Made by a program: the position numbers and the translations under genes. The notes beneath the pieces are model-generated. The model was not told the origin of the DNA and searched no databases. It was given only the letters and a program-made list of their open reading frames with translations. DNA of 64,000 nt from the human T2T-CHM13v2.0 reference genome, Homo sapiens, in NCBI RefSeq assembly GCF_009914755.1, contig NC_060932.1; one strand, 5' to 3'. Each line of letters begins with the position of its first letter. The first letter of the stretch is position 1. Positions 61,695 to 64,000 of this stretch are shown in pieces.

Positions 61695-62440
61695 TGTTTT
61701 ATTTTGAAATGTTTCAAACTTACAATAAGGCACAAAAATAATATAATAGACACCATGGTCTCAGCATCCAGATTTAAGAGATGTTAAGATGTTACTACGT
61801 TTGCTTCAGACTTTTCTAACACACACACAAAATACTAGAGATGCAGCCAAAACCCCATCTATCAATCCCTTCCTCTTCTCTCCAGAGGTAGCTATTACAT
61901 TGAAGTCGGTATGTAATATTTCCATGTTTGGCTTTGTACATGTTCTACTTATGTATGTATTCATTAACTTCGTACTACTTTTTAATGTTCTTATATAGTT
62001 TCATTAGTAACATCCCAGAGGGCATATCATTTGTGAGTTTGATTTTCTCACTCTTCATTTCTTTTTTGGGGATAATTTATTCTTGATGGTACATGTAGAT
62101 CTCCTCACTCCACTACAATTGCTTTATGGTACTTAATATATGAATAAACTATGGTATATTTATTTCCTACTGATGGACAGTTAGGCTGTTTCTTCTTTTT
62201 GCTATAACACTGGTGTAATGAATATCCTTGTACAATTCTTAAAATTTTCTTTGCTTTCTAGTTGTCTAGAAATCTAGGCATAGACTTTTTGAATCATTAA
62301 CACTAACATCTTTAGCTTTTTAGGGTATTGCCAAGTTGCATTTCAAAGTAGTTTTACCAGTATATATTCACATAAACAGTATGCTGGTTTCTACTTTTTC
62401 ATATTCTTGCCAATACTTGGTGTTTGTAACACTTAAAATG
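61695..62440 (-). mobile_element. L1ME-like 3' fragment
   Basis: TTTATTTTGAAATGTTTCAAAC, CTCTCCAGAGGTAGCTATT, CCTACTGATGGACAGTTAGGCTGTTTC. Confidence 0.7.
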
Positions 62441-62451
62441 TTCCCATCCTG

Positions 62452-64000
<1,549 letters not shown>

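Overview
Primate (human-like) genomic DNA, AT-rich and mostly interspersed repeats. These include three large L1PA copies, one short L1PA 3' end, older L1M pieces, about 15 Alus, a full-length THE1A and a partial THE1, several MLT1 LTRs (one MLT1J-like LTR-int-LTR unit), Tigger3b, MER58, L2 and MIR. No intact cellular protein-coding gene, tRNA, rRNA or CRISPR array is visible. A 5'-truncated retrocopy of the nucleolin (NCL) 3'UTR sits at 59.2-59.6 kb. The most interesting signal is in the unique DNA between repeats: a dozen or more short minus-strand segments bounded by AG/GT splice sites, clustered at 4-5.5, 16.8-19, 30-33.6 and 59.6-60.2 kb. Several join in compatible reading phases but carry stop codons, which suggests a decayed multi-exon gene (unitary pseudogene or lncRNA) that I could not name. 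An L1 antisense promoter with an open ORF0 points into its last exons. Repeat subfamily calls are from recalled consensus sequences and boundaries are approximate.
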